NCBI GenBank assembly: GCA_038212275.1
Contig: JBBQUR010000009.1
Location: 64,001-128,000, forward strand
Source of the DNA: Planctomycetota bacterium
Lineage (GTDB): Bacteria; Planctomycetota; B15-G4
Reading direction: 5' to 3'
DNA length: 64,000 nucleotides
The position numbers were made by a program, and so were the translations under genes. Below are positions 9,447-19,243 of the stretch, piece after piece (the stretch's first letter is position 1; every line of letters begins with the position of its first letter). The notes under the pieces are model-generated. The model worked only from the letters and a program-made list of their open reading frames with translations. It was not told where the DNA came from and ran no database searches.

Positions 9447-11336
9447 ATGACGCGACGTGATTCTAGCCCTCGGCCCGGTCCCTTGGCGCCGGGGCTCGCG
9501 CGCGGTTTGCTGCTGCTCGCGATGCTCGGTGCTTCAGCTGCCGCGCCGCTTCACGCGCAGGCCGGGCCTGCCAAGGCGCCCGACACCACGCCTGTCACCG
9601 CGCCCGCCGCTCCCGTGATGCCGGTGCCGCTCGCGAAGCCCGACAGCCTCGAGGCTTCGGTGACGCTCATGGATTCGATCTTCGACGTCGAGGTCGGCAT
9701 GAAGCTCCTGCGCGAAATCGACCCCTTCTACCGGGTCCGCGGCAATCAGGGCTACCAGCGAAGCCTCGAGCGCATCGTGTCCACGCTGGAAGAGGCCGGC
9801 TTCGGCGACCCGGGCGCCGACGGCCTGCGCGACACGGTGGAGCTGAAGGACTTCGGCGAAATCCTTCCGGCCTGGACGCCGGTGCACGCGCGTCTCGAGG
9901 TCTTCTCGCCCGAGCCGCAGCAGGTGCTCCAGAACTTCGACGACGAAGCGGGCGCGGAGCGCACCTTTCTCTGCACGAACAGCTTTCCGACGCCCCCGGA
10001 CGGAGTGGTCGCGCCTCTCATCCGCTACGACCGAAGTCGCCCCGCGGAGGGATACGCCGGTGCGGTGGTCTACGGCAACGAGCCGGCGGACACGATCTTC
10101 ACCCGCGCCGTGCAGGAGGGCGGCGCGCTCGGGGTCATCTCGAGCTTCCTGCCCGAATACAACCGCGGCAGCGTGAATCGCGACGCGCTGCACTTCAGCC
10201 AGATTCCTTACGACGCCGACCGCCACGGCTTCGGGCTCAGCGTCTCGCCCCTGAACGCCGAGCGCCTCGAGCGACTCATGCAGCAGGGGCTCGTCTACGT
10301 GCGTGTCAACGTGCACGCGTCGTTTGCCGACGCGCGCAGCCGCACGGCGGTCGCGCGCATCGCCGGCACGCTGCCGGGCGCTGGCACGATCGCGCTCGTC
10401 GGCCACCTGGACGAGCCCGGTGCGAACGACAACGGCTCGGGCATCGGCGCCCTTGCGGCGATGGCCAGCGGCTACCTGCGCGCCATCCGCGACGGCCGCA
10501 TCCCGCGGCCGCGCCGCAGCATCACCTTCCTTTTCGGCACGGAGTTCGAGTGCTCGCGCGAGTGGTTGCGCAGCCGTGCGGAACCCGTGGACCTGGCGCT
10601 CGTGCTGGACATGGTGGGCGAGAATCAGGCGCTCACGGGCGCGCCGGCGCTGGTCGAACGCATGCCCGACCCCGGCGCGATCTGGGACCGTCCGCCGCTG
10701 GACCAGCACAGCCAGTGGGGTCGCAGCGACGACGTGCGCGAGAGCGACCTCAAGGGCAGCTTCCTGAACGACTACGTGATGGCGGCCATGTCGGCCCGCG
10801 CGAAGGTCGCCGGCTGGAACTGGCGCACCAACCCATTCGAGGGCGGCAGCGACCACGAGAGTTTCCTGGCGCGCGGCATTCCCGCGGTGCTGCTCTGGCA
10901 CTTCACGGACCAGTACTACCACACGAGTCTCGACCGCCTGGAGGCCGTGGATCCGGCCGAGATGCGCAACGTGTCGGTGGCGGCGCTGGGCCTCGTGCAT
11001 CACTTCGCGAACGCCGGCATCCCGCGGGCCGAGGAGGTGCTCGCGCTCGTGCTGGCGGGAGCGAACGTGCGCCTCGAAGCCGAGGCGGCCAATGCGCGCA
11101 GATACCTCACGGCGCCGGCCGTCGCCAAGGATGCGGCGCAGATCAGCAACGTGACCCGGCGGGAGCGCGCGATCATCGTGGCGTGGAGCCGCTGGTATCG
11201 CGAAGCGCTGCTCTCCATCGAGGGCTTCGACCCGGACACGGGCGCCGGCTCGGAGCGCATCGCGCTCGTCACCGCACTGGACGCGGCGCTCACCGAGATC
11301 CGCGACCTCGAGCAGCGCATCCTCGACACGCTCTGA
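9447..11336 (+). CDS. Exported M28-family zinc peptidase
   Basis: Signal peptide; GHLD-x-PGANDNGSG, GTE, DMVG, GSDH, YYHTSLD. Confidence 0.85.
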   Translation: MTRRDSSPRPGPLAPGLARGLLLLAMLGASAAAPLHAQAGPAKAPDTTPVTAPAAPVMPVPLAKPDSLEASVTLMDSIFDVEVGMKLLREIDPFYRVRGNQGYQRSLERIVSTLEEAGFGDPGADGLRDTVELKDFGEILPAWTPVHARLEVFSPEPQQVLQNFDDEAGAERTFLCTNSFPTPPDGVVAPLIRYDRSRPAEGYAGAVVYGNEPADTIFTRAVQEGGALGVISSFLPEYNRGSVNRDALHFSQIPYDADRHGFGLSVSPLNAERLERLMQQGLVYVRVNVHASFADARSRTAVARIAGTLPGAGTIALVGHLDEPGANDNGSGIGALAAMASGYLRAIRDGRIPRPRRSITFLFGTEFECSREWLRSRAEPVDLALVLDMVGENQALTGAPALVERMPDPGAIWDRPPLDQHSQWGRSDDVRESDLKGSFLNDYVMAAMSARAKVAGWNWRTNPFEGGSDHESFLARGIPAVLLWHFTDQYYHTSLDRLEAVDPAEMRNVSVAALGLVHHFANAGIPRAEEVLALVLAGANVRLEAEAANARRYLTAPAVAKDAAQISNVTRRERAIIVAWSRWYREALLSIEGFDPDTGAGSERIALVTALDAALTEIRDLEQRILDTL

Positions 11337-11402
11337 GCGACCGAGCGCCTGAGCGCCTGAGCGCCTGAGCGATCGAGCGACCGAGCGACTCAGCGACTCA
11401 GC
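11333..11402. repeat. Degenerate 8-bp tandem repeat (GAGCGCCT/GAGCGACC) between convergent genes
   Basis: ctgagcgaccgagcgcctgagcgcctgagcgcctgagcgatcgagcgaccgagcgactcagcgactcag. Confidence 0.8.
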
Positions 11403-11424
11403 CGTCGAGCCGTCGGACGGGCGG

Positions 11425-12129
11425 TCAGCGGGTGCGCGCGGCGCTCCGGGGCCTGGCACTGCGCGTCCTGACTGTGGCGCGCGTGCTGCGCTTGGCGCCC
11501 GACGCGCGAGCCGTCGCGGTGCGGCGCCGCTTGCGGGTGCGTCGCGCAGCCGCAGCGCGCCGCTCCCGGCGCTGTTTCGCCTTGTAGCGCGCGACCCAGG
11601 TGTCGCGGTACGCCTCGAGCTCGCCGATGGTGCGGAAGAGCTGGTCGCTCGTGGACTCGCCCAGCGCCTCGTCCTTGTCGCAGACGTCGTTGTCGTACTC
11701 GCGGCAGATGGCGGGGCGCGTCTCGTAGATGGTGCAGCGGTTGTCGCTGCCCAGCGCCTGGCACTTGCTGAAGATCTGGATGTACCAGCGGCGGCCTTCG
11801 ACGAAGACGTTCACGCGCTCGTGCAGCAGGTACCAGCGCAGGTTCTCGAAGTCCGCCGGCACGGTGGGGCGGTCGACCTCGAGCGCGAAGTAGCGGCAGC
11901 ACAGAGCGATGCACGAGCCGCACTTGCTCTTCTCGAAGGCCACGCCCTTGCGGCGCGAGCCACGCTGCGCGCCCGGGGGCAGCATCGGCAGGAACACGCC
12001 CGGCTCGGTCGGGAAGACCAGCGGTGCGGTGGGCGGCGCGCCGGTGCGGGATGCCTTGCGGGGCGTCCTGCGGGCCGACGTGCGAGGAGACGGTGCGATG
12101 GTGATTGTCATGGTGCGTTCATGTGCCAT
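11425..12129 (-). CDS. YkgJ-family cysteine-cluster (Zn/Fe-chelating) protein
   Basis: CGSCIALCC...C-x-x-L...CTIYETRP-x-ICREY...C; basic low-complexity ends; start uncertain. Confidence 0.85.
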   Translation of the reverse strand: MAHERTMTITIAPSPRTSARRTPRKASRTGAPPTAPLVFPTEPGVFLPMLPPGAQRGSRRKGVAFEKSKCGSCIALCCRYFALEVDRPTVPADFENLRWYLLHERVNVFVEGRRWYIQIFSKCQALGSDNRCTIYETRPAICREYDNDVCDKDEALGESTSDQLFRTIGELEAYRDTWVARYKAKQRRERRAAAARRTRKRRRTATARASGAKRSTRATVRTRSARPRSAARTR

Positions 12130-12194
12130 GCACGCGCGCCTCGGTCAATCGCAATCCCCGGGAGAGGCGGCCCGCTCTCGTGGCGCGCGCGGTG

Positions 12195-14435
12195 TCACGG
12201 GCCTTGCCGGGCCGCGCGGACGCGCTCCAGATTCTCGAGCACCGTCGCGTTGCCCGGCTCCAGGGCGAGCGCCCGTTCGAAGCTGGCCTGCGCCTCGTCG
12301 ACGCGGCCCATGCCCAGCAGCAGATTGCCGAGGTTGTTGTGCAGCTCGATGCTGTCCTCGCCGAGTTCCAGCGCGCGCCGGCAGGCCTGTTCGGCCTCTT
12401 CGAAGCGACCGAGCCGCTTGAGCACCAGCCCGCGCAGCAGGTGCGTGCGGCCTTCGTCGGGTTGCAGTGAAATCGCCTCGTCGAGCAGCGCGAGGGCCGC
12501 GGGCTGCGCCTCGGCGTCCTTGAGGCCCTGCGCGACGCGGGCGTCCGCGCGCGCGAGCGCCGCCGCGACATAGAGCTGCCGCTCGGGAATTCCCGGCAGC
12601 GTGCGCAGCTGATCCGCCGCCGTGATGACCGCCGGCAGCGGGCGATCGATGATTCCGGCCACATTGGTCCCGGTGCGCTCGGCCTGCATCACGAGCAGGA
12701 GCCGCCAGGCCTCTTCCCACGCCTCGGTGCCGCGGGGCTGCAGCACCGGGCTGTTCGCGTCCAGCGCAGAGATGAGCTGGTCCCTGCCCTCGGGATAGCC
12801 GGGCGCCAGCAGGATGGACTGCCGCGCGGCCGCCACCGCCGCATCGCGGTGCGCGCGCGCGTCCGCCGCGTCGACGGCGCGGCGCGCGCGCGCCAGTTCG
12901 ATCGAGGCCACGTTGCTCCAGCTCACCTGCAGCCCGCGGCTGTCGGGCCGGATCTCGATCTGCCCGAGCAGGACGACGCCGACGGCGAGCGCGGCGCCCG
13001 CAAGCTTGCGCGGCAGCGGCGCGGTGCCGATGAGCAGCCTGGTGCCGCCGACGATGACTCCCGCAGCGAGGATCCACAGCCCCGGCGCGGCGGAGAGCCG
13101 GTAGCGGCCCATCACGTAGAAAAGCGCGAGCGAGGCCATCACGACGAGGACGCTGCCGCGCACCACGAGCAACCCGCGAGGCCGCCACGGCAGCGCGAGG
13201 AAACCGAGCAGCGCCAGCGGGCCGAGCCAGCTCAGGTCGGAGAGCGGCGTGCCGAGCCACGGCACCGCGCTCCGGGTGAAGTTCCAGTCCTTCACGTCGG
13301 GCACTTCGTCGCCGTGAAAGGTGTGCGCGAGCTTGCGGGCGATGCGCTCCAGCGTCACGGCGGGCCGGCTGGCCGCGCGGCGTGCGACCTCGCGCCACCA
13401 CCACGCGGAGATTTCGCGGCCGGTCATGCGTCGACCGGTGGCGGCCTCGGCCACGGACACGGCATCGGACTCCTCGAAGGCGGCGTCGCCGTGACCGGCC
13501 AGCAACGGCTCATAAGCGACGCCGCGCCAGCCCTCGTCGCCGTCGGGCTGGCCGATGGCCGCGTTGCTGCCGGCCTGATAGGTGCTCAGCACGAAGTCGC
13601 CGCGGCGCAGGTTGTGCACCGTGGCGGGCAGCAGCGCGAGCAGGGCGCAGAACAGCACGAGCGCCGCCGGCAGCAGTCGGCGTCGGCCGCCGATGGACAT
13701 CAGCAGCGAGAGCAGCACGGCACCGAGCAGCAGGTAGGTGTTGCCGCGCAGCAGCACGCCGAGTCCGAGCGCCAGACCCAGCACCACCGAGCGGCCGAGC
13801 GCGGGCCGCGCCCGCTGCGTGCGCTCGGCGCCGACCGCACCGCCGTCCCCGGCACCGGAGACGGGCCGGTCGGTGAGCACGTCCAGCCACAGGTGCAGGC
13901 TGAGCACCCAGAGCAGCAGCGCGGCGCCCTCCTTGAGCAGCATGGATTCCGCGAAGATGGTCGGCCCCGACAGCGCGGCGAAGAGGCCGGCAAGCAGTCC
14001 GGCCGGCGCGCCGAGGCAGCGGCAACCCAGCAGCGCGACGGCGACGGCGAGCAGCACGCCCAGCAGGTGCTGCCCCGCGATCACGCCTTCGTGCACCGGC
14101 TCCTTGGGGACGACCGCCGTGCCGGGCGCCACCGGCGAAGGCGGAAACAGCCGGTAGATCTGCCCCAGGCTCCACGCGTAGAGCGGCTCCTGATAGAAGG
14201 CGCGCTCGCGGTCCAGCGTGCCGGCCGCGACCTTCCGGGCGAAGCCGTCGTAGGCGCGCTCGTCGCCCAGAAGGTTGGCGGCCATCGTGCCGACGGCGCC
14301 CGTGTCGTGGTGCAGCGCGGTCTCGTAACTCACGCGCGCCAGCAGTGCGACGATGGCGACGACCAGCGCGATGAGCCGGCGCGAACGTCGCGAGGCGTGC
14401 GCGACGGCCCCGGGAGGCGCGCGCTGGTCACTCAT
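12195..14435 (-). CDS. GT-C fold (ArnT/PMT-like) membrane glycosyltransferase with C-terminal TPRs
   Basis: GDERAY, YQEPLY, many TM helices, R-x-N, RYR; TPRs (LHNNLGNLL...ALALEP). Confidence 0.8.
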   Translation of the reverse strand: MSDQRAPPGAVAHASRRSRRLIALVVAIVALLARVSYETALHHDTGAVGTMAANLLGDERAYDGFARKVAAGTLDRERAFYQEPLYAWSLGQIYRLFPPSPVAPGTAVVPKEPVHEGVIAGQHLLGVLLAVAVALLGCRCLGAPAGLLAGLFAALSGPTIFAESMLLKEGAALLLWVLSLHLWLDVLTDRPVSGAGDGGAVGAERTQRARPALGRSVVLGLALGLGVLLRGNTYLLLGAVLLSLLMSIGGRRRLLPAALVLFCALLALLPATVHNLRRGDFVLSTYQAGSNAAIGQPDGDEGWRGVAYEPLLAGHGDAAFEESDAVSVAEAATGRRMTGREISAWWWREVARRAASRPAVTLERIARKLAHTFHGDEVPDVKDWNFTRSAVPWLGTPLSDLSWLGPLALLGFLALPWRPRGLLVVRGSVLVVMASLALFYVMGRYRLSAAPGLWILAAGVIVGGTRLLIGTAPLPRKLAGAALAVGVVLLGQIEIRPDSRGLQVSWSNVASIELARARRAVDAADARAHRDAAVAAARQSILLAPGYPEGRDQLISALDANSPVLQPRGTEAWEEAWRLLLVMQAERTGTNVAGIIDRPLPAVITAADQLRTLPGIPERQLYVAAALARADARVAQGLKDAEAQPAALALLDEAISLQPDEGRTHLLRGLVLKRLGRFEEAEQACRRALELGEDSIELHNNLGNLLLGMGRVDEAQASFERALALEPGNATVLENLERVRAARQGP

Positions 14436-16030
14436 GGCCGCACGAAGATCGCCAGGTCCTGATGCAGCGGGCTGTCGATGACGGCCGGATGGGAGACGTG
14501 AAACGTGGCGACGCGCTTCGTGAGCCCCAGCGGTCCGGCATAGTCCTGCGCCTGCTGCGCGAGCGCGGCCTGCACCTCGGGCGGGGCACCGGCCATGACG
14601 GCTGCGAACTCGGGGCTGTGGGCCGAAGCCCAGGCCGCCGGGAACACCGCCAGCGCGTCGGGCTTCTGCTGCATGAGATAGGTGCCGATGGCCTGCTCGG
14701 CGCGCTCCACGGCCTTGGCGCCGAGAGCCCGGTCACGGCCGGTGATGAGGGCGTTGAGCTGGTGGTCATTGTTGCCGTAGATGTCCAGCACGGGACGGCG
14801 TCCGAAGTAGCGGATCGCGCCGGCATCGTGCGCCGCCACCAGCGCGCCCTCCGGCAGGTTCTCGCGGATCCACAGGCCGGCCGCGACGTTGAGCGCTTCC
14901 ACGTCGGCGCACTCGGCCACGAAGCGTTGCGTCACGTCCACGGCATGGGCGGGCACGTCACGCGCCAGAAACCCGACCAGCACGATCGGCGCGATGAGCA
15001 GGGAGGCCGCCAGCGGCCGGCAGTACATGCCCGCCCAGGCGGTGCGCACCAGCGAGGCAAGGCCTGCACCGAGGAGCACCAGCAGCGGCGGCCACGCGAG
15101 CAGGGCGTAGCGCTCCCAGTAGAAGGGCACGCGCGGCGGGAAAAAGCTCACCGGCATCGCCCGCGTGAACAGCACGCCGACCAGCAGCGACAAGCCGAGC
15201 GAGCCGAGCACCAGCGTGAGGCGTCGTGCGACGCCCTCCAGCGCGAAGGCGCCGACGCCCAGCAGCACCGGCAGCGCCCAGCCCCAGCCCGTGTCGCCTG
15301 CCAGCGCCGCGACGGTGCGCCCCATGGCCGGCAGGTCCAGCACGAATTCCGCCTTGCTCTGCCAGGTGTTGGGCCACGGCTGGCCGGTCACCCAGAGGTT
15401 CCATGCGGCGAACGGCGCCGCCAGGAGGACGATGGGCAGCAGGAAGGCCAGCGCGCGACGACGATGGCGCCAGAGCAGGGCCGCCGACACCGGCACCAGG
15501 ATGAGCGCCTCGGGTCGCGTGAGGATGGCCAGCCCGAGCACGAGCCCCGCCTTGCTGACGTTCTCGTCGAAGAGCGCTTCCGCGAGCAGCAGCGTGAGCA
15601 GGGCGAAGAGCGGCAGCTCCATGCCCGAATAGGTGCCCGAGAGCAGCAGCGGATCGATGGCGAGAAGAATGGCCGCGAAGCAGGCGGGCCAGCTTCCGGC
15701 GCGCCCGCCGAGGCGGTAGGCGACCCGCGCCGCGAGCAATGCGCACAGGCAACCGAGCAGGCGCATGCCCCAGTCCGGACGCCCGCCGCGGCCGACCCAC
15801 TCGGCGATGCCCACCGGGATGGCGGCAAGGATCGTCCACAGCGGCGACGTGACGCCGGCCTCCGAGCTCCCGTGGTTGTAGGAGAAGCCTTCGCCGACGG
15901 CGAGCGCGCGGGCATAGACCATGTGGCCCCACGCATCGTCCAGCGGGAAGCCCGGTCCGACCCCACGGAGGAAGAGCCCGCCAGCCAGGAGGGTGATGAC
16001 GACGAGGGGAGCGGTGATGCGCCACGACAT
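14432..16030 (-). CDS. Polytopic GT-C-like membrane protein (putative glycosyltransferase)
   Basis: FPLDDAW-x-H...YA, G-x-TSPLW, SGME, TRPE, PNT, ERY, DAGAI-x-Y...D-x-x-G. Confidence 0.75.
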   Translation of the reverse strand: MSWRITAPLVVITLLAGGLFLRGVGPGFPLDDAWGHMVYARALAVGEGFSYNHGSSEAGVTSPLWTILAAIPVGIAEWVGRGGRPDWGMRLLGCLCALLAARVAYRLGGRAGSWPACFAAILLAIDPLLLSGTYSGMELPLFALLTLLLAEALFDENVSKAGLVLGLAILTRPEALILVPVSAALLWRHRRRALAFLLPIVLLAAPFAAWNLWVTGQPWPNTWQSKAEFVLDLPAMGRTVAALAGDTGWGWALPVLLGVGAFALEGVARRLTLVLGSLGLSLLVGVLFTRAMPVSFFPPRVPFYWERYALLAWPPLLVLLGAGLASLVRTAWAGMYCRPLAASLLIAPIVLVGFLARDVPAHAVDVTQRFVAECADVEALNVAAGLWIRENLPEGALVAAHDAGAIRYFGRRPVLDIYGNNDHQLNALITGRDRALGAKAVERAEQAIGTYLMQQKPDALAVFPAAWASAHSPEFAAVMAGAPPEVQAALAQQAQDYAGPLGLTKRVATFHVSHPAVIDSPLHQDLAIFVRP

Positions 16031-16176
16031 CGTCGGAAGGCTAGCAAACGCTACGCTGGGAGTGTTGCACTCCGGGCGCCGCCAGAGCCGATGGGGGGCC
16101 GACCACCACCATTGCCCGCCTCGCGCACTGGCGCGGGCACCACACCGCGCACCTCCCTGGGTTCATCTCGGTCATC

Positions 16177-17382
16177 ATGCGACGCCTTCTGATCGCCGTG
16201 CTCGCGCTGCTCGTCGTGGCGGCCGTGGTGCACTGGCTCATGTCGCGTCCCGTCGTGCGCTTCTCGCTGGGCAAGGCGGAGGTGCTGGTCGGCGCGCCGG
16301 GCGTGTCCAGTTTTGCGGTGCGCGAGCCGGGCGGCTCGTGGAGGCTGTACCCGGCCAGTGCACGCAAGGTCGAAGACGGCATGCTCCTGCCCGGACCCGC
16401 GCTCGGCATGCCGGCGCTGCAGGCCGATGGCTCGGTCTTCGTGCTCACCGACGAGGGCCTGCGCTGGGTGCATGGCAGCCAGCCGCTGGTTCCAGGCGGC
16501 GAAGTGCTCATGGTGCTCCGGCGCGACGAGTTGCCGGCGGACTGCCGGCTCGAAGGCGTCATCGGCGGCAAGCAGGCGCTGCTCTCGTCGCCGGTGTCCC
16601 CTGCGACCGGGCCGTCGGGGCCGCGCAAGCTGTTGCTCTGCGAAGGCGCGCCGACATCCGCGAAGCTGCGCCCAGTCTTCGATGCGGACAGCGAGGCGCA
16701 CATGCCGCCGGGCGAGGTGCCCGTGCTCTCGCACGGCGCGCCCGCCTTCGCATTCCGCGGCGACGACGGCTGGGAGGCCTGGTCGCTGCAGGCGCCCAAC
16801 CTGGCCCATCGTGCGGTGGCGGACGGTTGCAAACGTCCTGGCGCGGTCTTCGCGCCCGGCGGGCAGACGCTCATCGTGCCGGGCCGCACCGACGGCATCT
16901 GGATGCTGAGCGTCAAGGACGGGCGGCTCACCCTGATGGCCGGGGGCAACCTGGGCGTCTCGCGCCGCGTGCCGCACAAGGTCGGCTTCCGCACGCAGCC
17001 GGCGCTGCTGGTGGCGCCTGGCCTGGACCTCGAAGGCTGGTTGCAGATTTACCAGACGCACCTTTCGGGCGGCGGGCGCGCGAGCTTCGGCGCGGGCTTC
17101 ATGCACCACTATGGTGTCGTCATGTCCACCGACGGCAATCTCATGACCTACGCGCAGGCCAGCTTCGACGAGAATTCCGACACGCCGTTCGCCGAAGATC
17201 TGTACCTCTTCGACTTCGCGCAACCCGCGCCGACCGCGCTTTTCCTGGACACGCGGCAGGGCGGCGGCACGGAGCAAGGACCGTTTTTCCTCGGCACCGG
17301 CGGCTCGCTGGTGTATCTGGCGCGCGGCGAGGTGCTGCGTGTCGAACCGATGCCACTCTCCGCCCGTGAGGGAACGCCATGA
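16177..17382 (+). CDS. Hypothetical membrane-anchored protein, probable TolB-like beta-propeller
   Basis: N-terminal TM; FAPGGQTL and STDGNLMTY blade-like motifs; overlaps the next gene by 4 nt. Confidence 0.6.
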   Translation: MRRLLIAVLALLVVAAVVHWLMSRPVVRFSLGKAEVLVGAPGVSSFAVREPGGSWRLYPASARKVEDGMLLPGPALGMPALQADGSVFVLTDEGLRWVHGSQPLVPGGEVLMVLRRDELPADCRLEGVIGGKQALLSSPVSPATGPSGPRKLLLCEGAPTSAKLRPVFDADSEAHMPPGEVPVLSHGAPAFAFRGDDGWEAWSLQAPNLAHRAVADGCKRPGAVFAPGGQTLIVPGRTDGIWMLSVKDGRLTLMAGGNLGVSRRVPHKVGFRTQPALLVAPGLDLEGWLQIYQTHLSGGGRASFGAGFMHHYGVVMSTDGNLMTYAQASFDENSDTPFAEDLYLFDFAQPAPTALFLDTRQGGGTEQGPFFLGTGGSLVYLARGEVLRVEPMPLSAREGTP

Positions 17383-19040
17383 TGCCTGGGATCGATCGTT
17401 GTGGTGCGCACGCTGCGCGGGCGCCGGGCCTGAGCGGCCGGCTTTCGCGGCGCCGAGTCCTGCCGGGTCTGCTCATGCTGGCGCTGGCAGCGGGCGCGTG
17501 CAGCGCGGCGCGCGCGCAGGGAACGGCCGTGCAGGAGCAGGGCACACTGCTGGCGCGGCACGAGATCGCCACCACCGTCCCCGTCGCCCGGCGCATCGAC
17601 GCGCACCTGGAGTTTCTCGCCAGCGACGACCTCGGCGGCCGCGAGACCGGCACCGTGCACTCGCTGGTCACCGCGCAGTACGTCGCGTCGGTGTTCCGCT
17701 CCATCGGGCTGAAGCCCGCGGGCGAGGATGGCACCTTCTTCCAGCAGTATCCGATGTCCGCGAACCGGCTCCTGGAGGAGAGCACCACGCTGACGCTCTC
17801 GGGCGCGCAGAGCGACTCGGTGGCCTTCTCGCACTTCGACGACTTCATCGTGAGCGGCTACGAGAACACGGGCTTCGACGTCTCCGGCGAGGTCGTGTTC
17901 GCGGACTACGGCATCGTGAACGAGACGGCCGGCGTGGACGACTACGCAGGCCTCGACGTGACCGGCCGCTTCGTGCTCGCCTTCAGCGGCCGGCCCTCGG
18001 GGCGCAACGACCTGCGCGGTTCGTCGCAGACGCGCGCCAAGAAGGCCGCGGCCATCGCGCGCGGCGCCATCGGCCTGCTGCTCATGACCGACCCGGCCGA
18101 CGAGTCGTCACGCAATCTGTACGAGCAACTCGTCTACCAGGCGCGCCACCCGACCATGTCGCTGGCCAATCGCGAGCAACTGCCGGCGTACCCCGTGGTC
18201 ATGCTGCAAGCGGGGCCGGCGGCGGCCATCCTCGGTGCCGCCGGACTTGGGCTCGATGCGGAGCGCGCCGCGCGTGCGGCTGCGCTGGTGCCGGGCCGCG
18301 CACTGACCGGCGTGAGCCTGTCGCTGAAGGCCGCCGTGGAGACGCAGCTGACCCATGCGGACAACATCGTCGGCGTACTGCCCGGCACGGACCCGGCGCT
18401 TGCGGGCGAGTACGTGATCCTCTCCGCACACAACGACCACATCGGCATCGCGCGCGACGGGCGCATCAACAACGGCGCCGACGACAATGCCTCGGGCACG
18501 ACCACGCTGCTGGCTGCGGCCGAAGTGCTGGCCGCCGGCCCGCCGCTGCGGCGCTCCTTGCTCTTCCTCTCCGTGTCGGGCGAGGAGAAAGGGCTGTGGG
18601 GGAGCGCCTGGTGGTGCGGCCATCCGACGGTGCCGCTGGACCAGTGCGTCGGCGACATCAACATCGACATGGTCGGGCGCAACGACCCCGACGCCGTCGG
18701 CGCGACGCCGTCTCCGAAGCACCCCGACTTCAACACGATGGTGCAGCGCGCCGTGGCGCTGGGGCCCGAGGCCGGCATGCACGTCACGTGGACCGCGCCC
18801 TCCGCCGGCGATGACCTCGTGGACAACTACTACCAGCGCAGCGACCACTACAACTTCGCGCTCAGCGGCATCCCGGTGGTCTTCTTCTTCAGCGGCCTGC
18901 ACGAGGACTACCACCGCACGACCGACACGGTCGAGAAGATCAACCGCGACAAGCTCTACCGCATGGTCGCGCTGGTGAACCTGCTCGTCGCCGACACCGC
19001 GAACGCCTCCGCACGGCCGGTCAAGACCACCGCGGGCTGA
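17379..19040 (+). CDS. M28 aminopeptidase with PA domain, exported
   Basis: LASD-x-L-x-GR-x-TG, VFADYGI...DDY, SAHNDHIG, NGADDNASG, GEEKGLWGS, NIDMVGR, RSDH, YH. Confidence 0.92.
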   Translation: MMPGIDRCGAHAARAPGLSGRLSRRRVLPGLLMLALAAGACSAARAQGTAVQEQGTLLARHEIATTVPVARRIDAHLEFLASDDLGGRETGTVHSLVTAQYVASVFRSIGLKPAGEDGTFFQQYPMSANRLLEESTTLTLSGAQSDSVAFSHFDDFIVSGYENTGFDVSGEVVFADYGIVNETAGVDDYAGLDVTGRFVLAFSGRPSGRNDLRGSSQTRAKKAAAIARGAIGLLLMTDPADESSRNLYEQLVYQARHPTMSLANREQLPAYPVVMLQAGPAAAILGAAGLGLDAERAARAAALVPGRALTGVSLSLKAAVETQLTHADNIVGVLPGTDPALAGEYVILSAHNDHIGIARDGRINNGADDNASGTTTLLAAAEVLAAGPPLRRSLLFLSVSGEEKGLWGSAWWCGHPTVPLDQCVGDINIDMVGRNDPDAVGATPSPKHPDFNTMVQRAVALGPEAGMHVTWTAPSAGDDLVDNYYQRSDHYNFALSGIPVVFFFSGLHEDYHRTTDTVEKINRDKLYRMVALVNLLVADTANASARPVKTTAG

Positions 19041-19243
19041 CCGCCCGGAGGTGATGATTCCCGAGCCGAGCGGTGTGACTCCGGGGCGCTCCGGACCAAC
19101 AATGACAGGCTGGAGACCGTCAACGCCGCGCCCGCAGCGGGATCCGTCTCCGATCCGCCGATAGGGTCGAGAGCATCCCGGTCCGTCCTGCCGGTGTTCC
19201 AGAGACCTCAGGCCCGACGACCCCGGTGGTATCCTCCCGCATC

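Noticed and set aside
19157..19165. GCCGATAG as a sigma28 -10 element
   Set aside because: No matching -35 and no flagellar context
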